Below are positions 26,496 to 36,199 of a stretch of DNA of 64,000 nucleotides, piece after piece. The notes beneath the pieces were generated by a model. The model ran no database searches and had not been told where the DNA came from. It worked only from the letters and a program-made list of their open reading frames with translations. The position numbers and the translations under genes are program-made. Each line of letters starts with the position of its first letter. The stretch's first letter is position 1. The DNA lies in IMG/VR virus record IMGVR_UViG_3300009093_000034, positions 1 through 64,000 of that record; one strand, given 5' to 3'.

Positions 26496-27497
26496 ATGGG
26501 AATTCTAGATATCCGAGATGAGATGGAGAACAAAGAACTCCATCGAAATCCATACCCACAATTTCTCAAACACTTTACCAACGGTGTAGCCAACAACTGG
26601 ACAGTTGCTGAGATCTCTCTTCAAGACGATCAAGAGCAATGGAACGTTCCTGGAAAGTTGACTGATGAAGAGAAGCAACTTGTTCTGAAGAACCTTAAGT
26701 TCTTCGGAGTTTGTGAAGCTCTTACCATGGACAACGTTGCTGTTGCTATCCTTCCTAGAATTCAAGACGGTTACGTGAGAATGGCATTGATTCGCCAAGC
26801 TTATGAAGAAGCTCTTCACTCTCAAACCTTCTTGACCATCGCTGAGTCTCTTTCCATTAAGATCTCCGACATCTATCAAGAGTACAAGGACACGCCTTCT
26901 GTTAAGGCCAAGATTGATTTTGTTAATTATCTGATTGGACAAACAGAGAAAGACGGTTTTGATATCACAACGATTGAAGGTAAGCAAGATCTTCTTCAAG
27001 ACATGATCGGGTTTTTCCAGATCCTTGAAGGAACCTTCTTCTTCACCAACTTTGCTCAATTGTTCTCTCTTCGTCGAAAGAACAAGATGAAAGGACTATC
27101 CAGCTTCATTGACTACATTGCAAGAGACGAATCTGTTCACATTGCTATCGGCCGAGACCTGATCAACATCATCATCAAAGAGTATCCCGAGATCTGGACT
27201 CCATCTTTTAGAGAAAAAATGAGTACATCTTTTGCAACCGCGGTTAGATTAGAAGATGCTTACTTAAACGATACTATTCCAGAGACTCTTCTAGGTCTTA
27301 ATCGAGAATCGTTTAAGGATTACATTCGATTCATTGCCAATCGAAGAATGAAAGGTATTGGTCTAGAAGGTCTTTGGCCTAACATGAAAAATCCTTTCCC
27401 TTGGATGAGTACAGAGAATGATCTCCCTACTGAAACGAACTTCTTCGAGTCTAGACCAAAAGAGTACAAAACTGGCGATGTCAACATGGACTTCTAA
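26496..27497 (+). CDS. nrdB: Ribonucleotide reductase beta subunit
   Basis: NNWTVAEISL..D, QAYEEALHSQTF, LEGTFFFTNF, YIARDESVH, ETNFFESRPKEY. Confidence 0.95.
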   Translation: MGILDIRDEMENKELHRNPYPQFLKHFTNGVANNWTVAEISLQDDQEQWNVPGKLTDEEKQLVLKNLKFFGVCEALTMDNVAVAILPRIQDGYVRMALIRQAYEEALHSQTFLTIAESLSIKISDIYQEYKDTPSVKAKIDFVNYLIGQTEKDGFDITTIEGKQDLLQDMIGFFQILEGTFFFTNFAQLFSLRRKNKMKGLSSFIDYIARDESVHIAIGRDLINIIIKEYPEIWTPSFREKMSTSFATAVRLEDAYLNDTIPETLLGLNRESFKDYIRFIANRRMKGIGLEGLWPNMKNPFPWMSTENDLPTETNFFESRPKEYKTGDVNMDF

Positions 27498-27529
27498 CTC
27501 AGACTAATTGAGAAAATAGGAGAAACATT

Positions 27530-27796
27530 GTGAAATACACATTGACCTTAGACATGGCTTATGACGAAGCTGAAGACATCTTTGAATTTTTAGCACAAAT
27601 TGCTCCCTTAGGAGTTTGGACAATTCTATCTGAACGTCATAGTGCAGGTGGAGGTTGGCCTTCTTTTACTTTCGCTGCTGAAGATAAAGAAGCCTTGAAG
27701 AAACTTTATAGGATCTACAACGGTGGAGAAGCTGATGAAGAAGATGATGATTTCGATTCAGACTTTGAAGAGTTTTTTGAACAAGAGAACTCTTAG
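27530..27796 (+). CDS. Hypothetical acidic protein
   Basis: AGGAG RBS before GTG; ACTAATT at 27503. Confidence 0.7.
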   Translation: MKYTLTLDMAYDEAEDIFEFLAQIAPLGVWTILSERHSAGGGWPSFTFAAEDKEALKKLYRIYNGGEADEEDDDFDSDFEEFFEQENS

Positions 27797-27824
27797 TTGA
27801 GATATTGAATCCACGGAGGAGTTA

Positions 27825-28025
27825 ATGCCCGAAGAGACATTGACCGAACAGGACATCCGGAAAGCCTTCTCTGAAGGTAAGGTTGTCCAGGTGAAGATCC
27901 CCGGAGATTCTGGTGTGATCGATCAGCGACCTGGTTTCAAAGGGTCGGATCTGAACATCAAGTGGAACTCCGGAATGCGAACGCCGTTCTTCATGAACAA
28001 AGACACGGTCTTCACGATCAAGTAA
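27825..28025 (+). CDS. Hypothetical protein
   Basis: GGAGGAG RBS; TGAGATATTG at 27798. Confidence 0.7.
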   Translation: MPEETLTEQDIRKAFSEGKVVQVKIPGDSGVIDQRPGFKGSDLNIKWNSGMRTPFFMNKDTVFTIK

Positions 28026-28027
28026 AA

Positions 28028-28055
28028 GAAAAGGTTCCCGAAAGGGAACCTTTTT
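28028..28055. terminator. Bidirectional intrinsic terminator
   Basis: AAAAGGTTCCC-GAAA-GGGAACCTTTT between convergent genes. Confidence 0.85.
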
Positions 28056-28058
28056 CAT

Positions 28059-30278
28059 TTATGGTCTTCGAAGACCCATGGTTTGTAATCTTTTCATGGT
28101 ATCGATCTTGGCTTGTTCTGCCGTCTTTTCAACGATCTTGTCAGGGTCAAAGATCTCGTGCCCCAAGAACTCATACTTTCGTAAGAGCTCACAGTTGGCA
28201 GCTAGAACGTCTGCACCGTCTTTTGCATGGATGCCAATCATGCTGGTCAACCAGTTCTCGTCACCTTCGTAGACCAAGTCGCCGTTCGTGTGGTCGATCT
28301 TCATCGTACCAGTCTTGTGTCCTGTGGCATCTTTTCTCTTAACCATCTGAAGACTTCTCATGTTGTTCTTGGCGTGGATGTTGTGTCCCATCTTGAACCG
28401 ACCCGTCTCAACTAGACCGACAAAACCAATGTAAGGCTCAATGGTCTTGTCTACTGAGAGAAACTCAACCTCAAGACCGCGACGAAGAAGACTTTGTACA
28501 GCGGGTTCAGATTGGAACCGGTCGAAAGAGACTTTGCTGATGGTCAACATTCCCTCATCGATCAAGTCTGTGATGAAACATCTGATGGCGTCCAAGTTGA
28601 TACGTCCACCAGCAGGCGTGATCATGATCAACATGTCGTTGATGTACACGTTCTCGTACAGATCTCCACCTGAAACCTCTGCTCCAGCTCGAATGGTCTT
28701 CATCTGTTTCTCAACATGAGAGACTCCAATAGCTGCAACGTCTCCAGAGATGGATTGGTCAACAGAAACCACACGAGGAAGGTGAGGGTTTCTCCAAAAT
28801 CGATATCTATCCAAACTTCTGATGAAGAAGATGTCTTTCACTTGATTCCAGATCAACTTCTCAGGAGCATCCATAGAAGGAGCGGTCAAGTGTTTGTAGA
28901 AGGATCTAAGTTTTGGAACGAACACCCTATCCACCACACTTCCGTCGTAGAAGATCTTATCAGATGAACCAGCTGGGATACCAGCTTGGTCCTTTAGAGC
29001 CTCAAAGAGGTTTTCTTCAAAGGTAGCTTGATAGTCCTTTCTAGCTCCGTCCTTCTCTTGAAGGATCTTAGGAACCTTGATGACGTCAGGCATGTACTCA
29101 GGAACTGAGGCTCTGTCAATAACGATAGGTGGTTTACCTTTACCTCCGATGAACACGAAGAAGGCCTTGTCGTCTTTTACTTCTCCCTTTTCATCAAAGG
29201 TGTCTTCAGGAAAGTCTCTTTTGTTGAAGTGCCAACGAGAACCTCGGACGATGTAGTTCTCAGGGTTCTTAGGAGCATCATTGACGATCCAATCATCGAT
29301 TGGATTCTCAAGGGAGTTAGGAGAGGAGTCTAGAACGAACCTACCAAAGTAGTTGCTCTTCATACGAGACTCAATACGAGATCTGAGCTTGGTGAAGAAC
29401 TTGAAGACGAAGTCGTCAGACTTTCCGGCATCAGAGAAGAAGCTCAACTCGGTCATGTTTCCAACGGCGATAGTCTGTCCCAAGAGTCCGTTAGGGTTTG
29501 AGATCAACTTGAAGTTGGCACCGCCAGAGAACTGAAGAGCAGAGGTTGGAACTGCCGTTGTCCAGTAGATCTTATCGATGTTTCCCATTCTTGAGAAGTC
29601 TCGGTCCCTTTCAAGCATGGCATCTTTTGAGTGAACCTTCTCAAAGAACTCTGAGGCTTGGAGCATGTTGAGCATTGGTTCAAGAAGCAACTCAGAAGAC
29701 TTCTTCAAAGAGGTTGCTGCGTAAACTTGGGTGTAAACGGTAGCTGGAGAATGGCCTAGGTATCTCCAAGGAGCTCTCATCATGGAGAAGTTCATCCCCA
29801 AGAAGAGGTTGACTAGAACTACCATGAAGGACTTACCGAAACCAATGTAAGGGTTCAGAACCAAAGTTCTGTAAGGCTTGAGAGGATCAAGGAACTCAAT
29901 GAAAGCTTTTCTAACCCAAGGATAGATCGTGTTAGCAGTCTCTCCTAGGTATCGTGATGTCAAGAACTCTTCAGGCGTTGGTGGTTTATCTCTGAAGTTA
30001 ACCCTCCAGCTGTTGGAGAGAAGATCCTGCTTCTCAGCGTTGGACATGTGAGGGTCTGTCAAGATGAAATCAAGAGCAGCTTTGATCTGAGGAAGGCTGA
30101 TGCCTTTTACCTCTGGTCGTTCAAGTAGCGATGTGTCTCCAGCAAGGAGATCCTTGAGCATGAAGTCTAGTTCTTTCAAGACACTAGGATCAATGGAAGA
30201 CAGAGGGGCGGAAGGAAGTGCATCCAATAAAGTAGGATGCGGATTGACCAAATTTATTGGTTCTCGTTCTACATTCAT
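28059..30278 (-). CDS. Terminase large subunit
   Basis: Walker A-like LNPYIGFGKS, Walker B-like GNMTELSFF, VLDSSPN motif III, RNase H-fold VSVDQSISGD, SFDRFQSE, KDGADV. Confidence 0.75.
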   Translation of the reverse strand: MNVEREPINLVNPHPTLLDALPSAPLSSIDPSVLKELDFMLKDLLAGDTSLLERPEVKGISLPQIKAALDFILTDPHMSNAEKQDLLSNSWRVNFRDKPPTPEEFLTSRYLGETANTIYPWVRKAFIEFLDPLKPYRTLVLNPYIGFGKSFMVVLVNLFLGMNFSMMRAPWRYLGHSPATVYTQVYAATSLKKSSELLLEPMLNMLQASEFFEKVHSKDAMLERDRDFSRMGNIDKIYWTTAVPTSALQFSGGANFKLISNPNGLLGQTIAVGNMTELSFFSDAGKSDDFVFKFFTKLRSRIESRMKSNYFGRFVLDSSPNSLENPIDDWIVNDAPKNPENYIVRGSRWHFNKRDFPEDTFDEKGEVKDDKAFFVFIGGKGKPPIVIDRASVPEYMPDVIKVPKILQEKDGARKDYQATFEENLFEALKDQAGIPAGSSDKIFYDGSVVDRVFVPKLRSFYKHLTAPSMDAPEKLIWNQVKDIFFIRSLDRYRFWRNPHLPRVVSVDQSISGDVAAIGVSHVEKQMKTIRAGAEVSGGDLYENVYINDMLIMITPAGGRINLDAIRCFITDLIDEGMLTISKVSFDRFQSEPAVQSLLRRGLEVEFLSVDKTIEPYIGFVGLVETGRFKMGHNIHAKNNMRSLQMVKRKDATGHKTGTMKIDHTNGDLVYEGDENWLTSMIGIHAKDGADVLAANCELLRKYEFLGHEIFDPDKIVEKTAEQAKIDTMKRLQTMGLRRP

Positions 30279-30392
30279 AATCACTTAGTAGCGCCACATT
30301 GAATAGTTATTTATTCAATAAAAAAATTCAATCTGTTTACTAGCTCCAAGCTGTACACTAATTATTTTACCCCATTTTAGAGGTTAAAAACC

Positions 30393-31433
30393 GTGTCTGA
30401 CAGCAAAAAGGTAGGTCCAAATCGTTGGACCCGAAGGTTCTTTACAGCAGGAACCGCCGTGCTTGGATTCATTCTCATTCTGTTCACAGTCTTCTATGCT
30501 AAAACTGTGTCCTTGAAGGCTCAAGAAGAGGATTCTATCCTTAAACTTAGAAACCTTCAATTCAACTACGTTTCTGGTGTCTTAGCTGAAGAGTTAAGAG
30601 ACGCTGACAAGTTCTCCAAGGAACTTACGTTGAACATCAGAAAGGACATTGTTTCTTACTACAGAGACCACCCTGGAAAAAGTTTGGCCTACGACTTGAC
30701 CAACCTTAACCAGAACAACAACCCAGTTACCAACGCTATCGCTGATAACTTCAGGGGACAGTGGTTGAACAACATCGAGAACGACAACAACGATCCATGG
30801 TCTGCTATGTCTGGTGTTGGTATCATCTCTGACTTGAGTGTTAACTGTTCTGCAGCCGGAAGAACAAGAAGCTTTGACGAAGAGTACAAGCTTCATGCTG
30901 TTCCAGAGCTTGCTAAGAAAGCTGTTGCAAGGATTCTTGATCAAGATCCTACTCTTGCATCAGAAGGTAGATTAGATCACATCATTGGTTGGAGCTTCTT
31001 GAAGCCAGCCAAACCTGAGTATGTAGTTGAAGACTTCACTCTTAAGAACTTAAGAGAAAAGTTTGTAAAGTATGGAACCCTGGACACTCTAGCAAGTTAT
31101 GAGTTCTTGGTTCCACAATATATCGATCAAGATCAAGACTTGGTCGGAGTCAGAACGGTCTCAAACCGAGGTCTCAGAGAGGCTAGAGTTCATCAGATCG
31201 TTATCGTTTCTGGATTTAATTTGGTAGATCAGTTTAAAGCTGTCGACGCACACCTCTACGCATACAACAACTTTGAAACTGACATCGCGACGATCAAAGA
31301 TCATTATGACTTTGATATCTTCATGGAACAGATCTTCAGTTTCATCATCGCGGTTGTTTTCTTCATCTGTTTTGGTGCAGTTTACTCTTTGGAAGGTACG
31401 CTAGAAGACAAGCTTCGCTCATCTGACGAATAA
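30393..31433 (+). CDS. Membrane protein with N- and C-terminal TM helices and a large extracytoplasmic domain
   Basis: TM at approx. aa 17-37 and 317-336; GAGGT RBS, GTG start; ACTAATT at 30357. Confidence 0.7.
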   Translation: MSDSKKVGPNRWTRRFFTAGTAVLGFILILFTVFYAKTVSLKAQEEDSILKLRNLQFNYVSGVLAEELRDADKFSKELTLNIRKDIVSYYRDHPGKSLAYDLTNLNQNNNPVTNAIADNFRGQWLNNIENDNNDPWSAMSGVGIISDLSVNCSAAGRTRSFDEEYKLHAVPELAKKAVARILDQDPTLASEGRLDHIIGWSFLKPAKPEYVVEDFTLKNLREKFVKYGTLDTLASYEFLVPQYIDQDQDLVGVRTVSNRGLREARVHQIVIVSGFNLVDQFKAVDAHLYAYNNFETDIATIKDHYDFDIFMEQIFSFIIAVVFFICFGAVYSLEGTLEDKLRSSDE

Positions 31434-31458
31434 CTAATTTTTGCTTGAGGTGAGCAGT

Positions 31459-31794
31459 ATGATAAATCTTGATAGTTTCCTACAGAGTTTTTTGTGCGTT
31501 ATGTTCACCTTGGCTGGAATTGTCATTCGAGACTTTTTTCTAAAGTCTAGCAGAAAGAAACACTGGCGCCACAAGATGGTTCTTAGTTTTGTTCTAGGCC
31601 TTCTTCTTTTTTTCGGAAAGAGCTTGATGTTCCCTCAAGTTAAGGATGAGTTTGCCATAGCTTTTGTTGCTGTGCTCGTAGGTCTAATTGGAGATATGCT
31701 CTTCTTAACCTTCCTTAACAAACCTTTCAAGTTCTTTGAGTTGATGAAAGGGATGAAGGAGCTCTCGAAAGACGAAGATGAAAAGAAGAAATGA
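31459..31794 (+). CDS. Three-TM holin-like protein
   Basis: Three hydrophobic segments and a highly charged C-terminus (ELSKDEDEKKK). Confidence 0.55.
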   Translation: MINLDSFLQSFLCVMFTLAGIVIRDFFLKSSRKKHWRHKMVLSFVLGLLLFFGKSLMFPQVKDEFAIAFVAVLVGLIGDMLFLTFLNKPFKFFELMKGMKELSKDEDEKKK

Positions 31795-32546
31795 CCCTTT
31801 TAGAAATAACAGAACCTGTCGTCACAGCAGCCACCACAACCAACACCGACGTTAACTCGGCTCTCACCTCTATCTGGAATGGGTTCAGTGCCCTTTACAA
31901 TTCTAGTCCAGCCTTTCAAACCATCATTCTCGCGAGTTTTTGGGGTATAGTTCTACTCATCTTGTTAGGTGTTATCTCGAAAAAAGACAAGGATAAGAAA
32001 ACAGCTTCTGGTCCAACAGATCCTAAGAACATCTACTGGAAGAACAAGAAAGACCTATACGACAAGCTAAGAAAGACCACAAGAGATTTTGGAAACTCTT
32101 ATAGTACTTTGTTGAACTCTGAGTTTTACAGACGAGCTCTTGAGGTTGGGGTTCCATCCAAGTATCTCTTCTCGTGGGAAGAAGCAAAAGACTGGAACTC
32201 CTTTTTCTCTGCTCTTGGAACAAGGGTCTTGACCCAACTCTTTGATGATATCGAGAACAATGGCTTCGAGACCATAGCTGATGAAGAGGTTGAAAGTTTC
32301 CTGTCGCATAAGGTAGCTCTTCAACGAGGAAAGATCTACCAAGCTGTGACCGAAGAGTTTCAACAGGAGATCTTTCACAGAGGGCCTCAAGGCGACTTCT
32401 ACTCAAGAACAAGGATCATGACTTACGGAGAGATCTCATTGATCATAGAGAAAGCCATGTCTTTTCTTGAACTTGAGGTCAGAAAGATCTATAAGACAGC
32501 CATCGACGAGGCCAAAAAGGTCCAAAGACTGATCGAAGAAGACTAA
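31791..32546 (+). CDS. Single-TM protein with soluble C-terminal domain
   Basis: TM FQTIILASFWGIVLLILLGVIS followed by KKDKDKK; ATGA coupling. Confidence 0.65.
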   Translation: MTLLEITEPVVTAATTTNTDVNSALTSIWNGFSALYNSSPAFQTIILASFWGIVLLILLGVISKKDKDKKTASGPTDPKNIYWKNKKDLYDKLRKTTRDFGNSYSTLLNSEFYRRALEVGVPSKYLFSWEEAKDWNSFFSALGTRVLTQLFDDIENNGFETIADEEVESFLSHKVALQRGKIYQAVTEEFQQEIFHRGPQGDFYSRTRIMTYGEISLIIEKAMSFLELEVRKIYKTAIDEAKKVQRLIEED

Positions 32547-32782
32547 GCACTTTTTGATCATTTGACACTAATTGAACATCTTAAGGTAAGCGCTTTAGTC
32601 CTTAAGAAATCTTGGAAAATATGCCGAATATGCCAAACCTAAATGAAGAGGCCAATGGTGCTGGCCAAACGTCTCGACCCTTATATGTTGAGCAAAAACC
32701 AAGCAACTCCGTATGGTGTTGCATACACTTTCATCGTCCTCTAATCTTATAAGCGCAAAAGATCAAGACACAAGGGAAACTA

Positions 32783-34033
32783 ATGAGTTTCAACGTAAAA
32801 GAATTTAAGGAGCGCGCAAAGGCCGCTGCTCTTAAGGAAGCTGCTGCCGCTGGCAGAGCTCCAGCACAGGCTCCTGCTCCTGCAGCAAAGCCTACTAACG
32901 ACAAGATCGCTTCTCTCAAAGAAAAGATCCAGACCAAGCTCGCTGAGAAGAAGGCTGCTCAAGCCGCTGCACCAGCAGGAGATGCTGATCGACAAGCTAG
33001 ACTCAAGGCTTTCAAGGAAAACTTGATTACTAAGAGGAGAGCCGCTAAGCTCCAAGAGAATCGTGTTGCAAGAAACACCGCAGCCAAGGAAACCGGACGC
33101 AACCTCAAGGAAGAGACTCTTCTTCTTAAGAAGAGAGTTCAGAACTTGAAGAACTGGTTCAAGGAGAACGAAGGAGTTCTCGGAGCCGGTGTAGATCCTT
33201 ACGCAGCAGGAACCATCCCAGGTCAAGCTGTTCCAGGTCTAGAACCTTCCATGGATCCTAACGCTCCAGCTCAACCTCCTGTTCAGCTTCCTCCAGAAGT
33301 CGTTGCAGAGATTCAGAGCATCGCAACCGCAGCAGAGTCTTTGGCTCAGCTCGCCGGTATCGAACCTGCTACCAACCTCGGTGCAGAACCTGGTTCTGAT
33401 GTTCCAGCAACCACTGCAGATGGAGAAGGCGGAGCTCTTCCTCAGGCACAACCTGGTGTAAACCCTGTTCTTGAGTCCATCAGGAAGAGAAAGATCGACT
33501 CTATCAAGGAGAAGCTTGCTGCTCGTAAGGCAGAGAGCCTCGCTGAGAAGAAGACCACTGAAGATGACGAGATCGCCGCTCTTCAGGAAAAGGCTGCAAA
33601 GCGCAGAGCTGCTCTTCAAGAGCTTCGTGCTAAGGTCATGGCAGAGTCTTTCAATGATCAAGAAGCAACTGATGACCTCGTTCAGGCTCTTGAGATCAAC
33701 CCTTCTTACCCTTACCCTACCGCTCCAAAGTACACCGACCGCTCTGAAGTTCTTCCAACCGCAGGAACTAAGAGAGGCAACGAGACAGGTTCCTTTACCC
33801 CCGGTAAGAACACTCTCAAGCCTGGTCATGTCTGGAAGCCTGGCACCTTGAAGGTCTCTGGTTCTACCAAGGAACTTCAGATCCACAACCAATCCGCAGA
33901 CGCTCCTGAGGGAACCGCTCTTCGTGAAGATGGTCAGTTGGATCCTGAGAACTGGGCAGATCGCCACGTTCTTAAGATGACTGAGAGCAAGGTTGACTTC
34001 CAAGCTCTTCTTAAGAAGGGACTTCTCGGTTAA
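32783..34033 (+). CDS. Head scaffold / prohead core-like protein
   Basis: Ala/Lys/Glu-rich coiled-coil with Pro-rich linkers and many L/M-x-E-S motifs; lies just upstream of the protease. Confidence 0.55.
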   Translation: MSFNVKEFKERAKAAALKEAAAAGRAPAQAPAPAAKPTNDKIASLKEKIQTKLAEKKAAQAAAPAGDADRQARLKAFKENLITKRRAAKLQENRVARNTAAKETGRNLKEETLLLKKRVQNLKNWFKENEGVLGAGVDPYAAGTIPGQAVPGLEPSMDPNAPAQPPVQLPPEVVAEIQSIATAAESLAQLAGIEPATNLGAEPGSDVPATTADGEGGALPQAQPGVNPVLESIRKRKIDSIKEKLAARKAESLAEKKTTEDDEIAALQEKAAKRRAALQELRAKVMAESFNDQEATDDLVQALEINPSYPYPTAPKYTDRSEVLPTAGTKRGNETGSFTPGKNTLKPGHVWKPGTLKVSGSTKELQIHNQSADAPEGTALREDGQLDPENWADRHVLKMTESKVDFQALLKKGLLG

Positions 34034-34053
34034 TCAATCGTTAGTCTGATGTT

Positions 34054-34088
34054 AAAACCTCCACCCTAGGGTGGAGGTTTTCTTTTTT
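34054..34088 (+). terminator. Intrinsic terminator
   Basis: AAAACCTCCACC-CTAG-GGTGGAGGTTTT plus T-tract. Confidence 0.85.
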
Positions 34089-34118
34089 CAAAGCACTAAC
34101 TAAGAATAAGGAATCATT

Positions 34119-36110
34119 ATGGGACAACTTCAGAGATTTAGAGAATCCTTCACCATGCAACAAGGTCAATTCGAAAGAATTCCTTTGACCGAAGCTCTCC
34201 AAGAAAAGTATCACATTCCTGAGACCGTCAAGAGACTTACTGAATCTACCAAATATCAAGAGGCTACGACTAGACTTGTTGAAAAGGCTTTCAAAGACCT
34301 TGAGGAATCAGGTACTTCAGTAGAACTTATCTCTAGATTACGAGAAGCTCTAAAAGTAACACTTCCTGAAAACAGGAACCTTTACAAGTTTCCAGTCTCA
34401 AAGTACGACAACCTAAACATCAACAAGCGCCGATACCCAAAGAAACTTTGGGAAAGAGTTATTCATGATCAAGAAGATCGTTGGAAAGGACTCTCAGGTC
34501 TTGCTGACCACCCATCTGACGATTCTGATGGAGAGTTCAAGAACTCATCTATCGTTTGGTTGGACATGGAGATCGACCCAAAAACTAACCTAGTTTGGGG
34601 TGTGGGTGTTTTTGTTGGTCCTTACGGAAGACTTGCACAAGAGATCATTGACGTTGGTGGACGTGTTGGATTCAGCTCTTCAGGTTTTGGAGAGCTTGGT
34701 TATGACGGTGAGACCGTTGATCCAGAGTCCTACATCATCGAGCGTGTTGCAGACCTAGTTCTAAACCCTTCTCAAGGTGTTTATGGTGCTTCTGACAACA
34801 ACTTGAATGTAGAGTACTCGTCTCAGAAACCTGTTAAAGAAAATTCTACTAATTCTCTAGAAACCCTTTCTCGGGTGGAGGAAAAACACCGAATGTCTGA
34901 ACAAACTAAACCTGCTATTAGCAAGATCGAGGAGAAGAAGTTCCGAAGAGACGTTGAGTCTCTCTTGAACGACGCTTCTAAGTTAGCCGACCCTCAGGTT
35001 CGTCTTGTAGAACTCACAGAGATCCTCGACGCCTTTGAGGAAGGAATTGCTCCTGATCTTAGAGAAAAGGTTGAGACCGAGATCTTAGCTGAGAAGCTCA
35101 AGATCGAGACCATGCTTCGTGAAACAAGCGAGACCCTTTCCGCTTTTGGAGCTACTAGCCCTGATGCTATCAAGGCCGGAGTTGCTCTTCTTGCCGAAGA
35201 GGTTAACCTAGTCGCTGCTGAGGCAAAAGACTGGGAGAAGATCGCTATTGCCCTAAGAGACAGCAACAAGTCTCTTAAGGAAGAGAACCAGAAGCTCTCT
35301 GCAGAGCTTTCTATCCGTCCTTCTGTTGATGCTTTCGGAAAACTCACTGAGAAGGTCAAGGTTCTTGAAGAACAAAAGCACAAGTTCGCTACTAAGTATC
35401 TTCAGGAAGCTGAAGAAGAGAACGAAACATCAGAAGAGATGGAAAAGAAGATGGAGTCTCTTAACAATGAGATCTCTGGTCTTAAGTCCAAGATTCTTGA
35501 GTTCGTCTCCCAAGAGAAGAAGTTCGCTTCTGCTCATGCTGCCGAGATCACCGAGTCCAAGAAAGAAGTTGAGTCAGCTAAGAAGTTGGCCGAGGAATCT
35601 AAGCTTGCTCTAGAAGAAGCCGAGACCACCATCGACCTTCAGGAACAACAGATCACCAGACTTCAGAACAGTCTCAAGGAAACTAGAGTCGCTGCTCAGA
35701 AGCTTGAGGAAGAATACGTAAACTTCCAGAATCAAGTTAAGCTTGAGAGTGCACCTCCTAAGATCGTTCCTCGCTTTGAGGAGAGAGTCAATGGACTCTT
35801 GAACTTCAGAGAGAACAACGGTGTTGAAGTTGAAGCTCTTTGGCAGACCTTGACCGATCGTCACGGTTCTGCTATTAAGCCTTTTGAGAAGAACATCAGA
35901 GGAGCCAAGACCATCAGAGAGGCTACCTCAGCTTACTACCGAGCACTTCCTGAGTTTGAAGAGAACAACATCGCTCTTCACGAAGCTGAACTTCCAGATT
36001 CTACCTCTGTTACCAGACAAGAAAGAGTTGAGATGTTCGAGCGCCAAGGTGTTAAGTTTGGTGGAAAGACCTTGATCGACAGAGTCCTTGAGAGAAAGGG
36101 CTACCAGTAA
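34119..36110 (+). CDS. Prohead protease (T4 gp21/S77-like) fused to a long coiled-coil scaffold
   Basis: NINKRRYPKKLWE, GLADHP (His), GPYG, VGFSSSGFG (Ser), ADLVLNPS; C-terminal approx. 400 aa heptad-rich. Confidence 0.85.
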   Translation: MGQLQRFRESFTMQQGQFERIPLTEALQEKYHIPETVKRLTESTKYQEATTRLVEKAFKDLEESGTSVELISRLREALKVTLPENRNLYKFPVSKYDNLNINKRRYPKKLWERVIHDQEDRWKGLSGLADHPSDDSDGEFKNSSIVWLDMEIDPKTNLVWGVGVFVGPYGRLAQEIIDVGGRVGFSSSGFGELGYDGETVDPESYIIERVADLVLNPSQGVYGASDNNLNVEYSSQKPVKENSTNSLETLSRVEEKHRMSEQTKPAISKIEEKKFRRDVESLLNDASKLADPQVRLVELTEILDAFEEGIAPDLREKVETEILAEKLKIETMLRETSETLSAFGATSPDAIKAGVALLAEEVNLVAAEAKDWEKIAIALRDSNKSLKEENQKLSAELSIRPSVDAFGKLTEKVKVLEEQKHKFATKYLQEAEEENETSEEMEKKMESLNNEISGLKSKILEFVSQEKKFASAHAAEITESKKEVESAKKLAEESKLALEEAETTIDLQEQQITRLQNSLKETRVAAQKLEEEYVNFQNQVKLESAPPKIVPRFEERVNGLLNFRENNGVEVEALWQTLTDRHGSAIKPFEKNIRGAKTIREATSAYYRALPEFEENNIALHEAELPDSTSVTRQERVEMFERQGVKFGGKTLIDRVLERKGYQ

Positions 36111-36142
36111 TAGATAAAAGAGACAGCGCCCAAGTCGTCTCG

Positions 36143-36172
36143 AGCCTTCTCGTAAGAGAAGGCTTTTTTTTT
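36143..36172 (+). terminator. Intrinsic terminator
   Basis: AGCCTTCTC-GTAA-GAGAAGGCT plus T-tract. Confidence 0.85.
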
Positions 36173-36199
36173 GCTCTTAACTAATTACCTAAAGGAACA

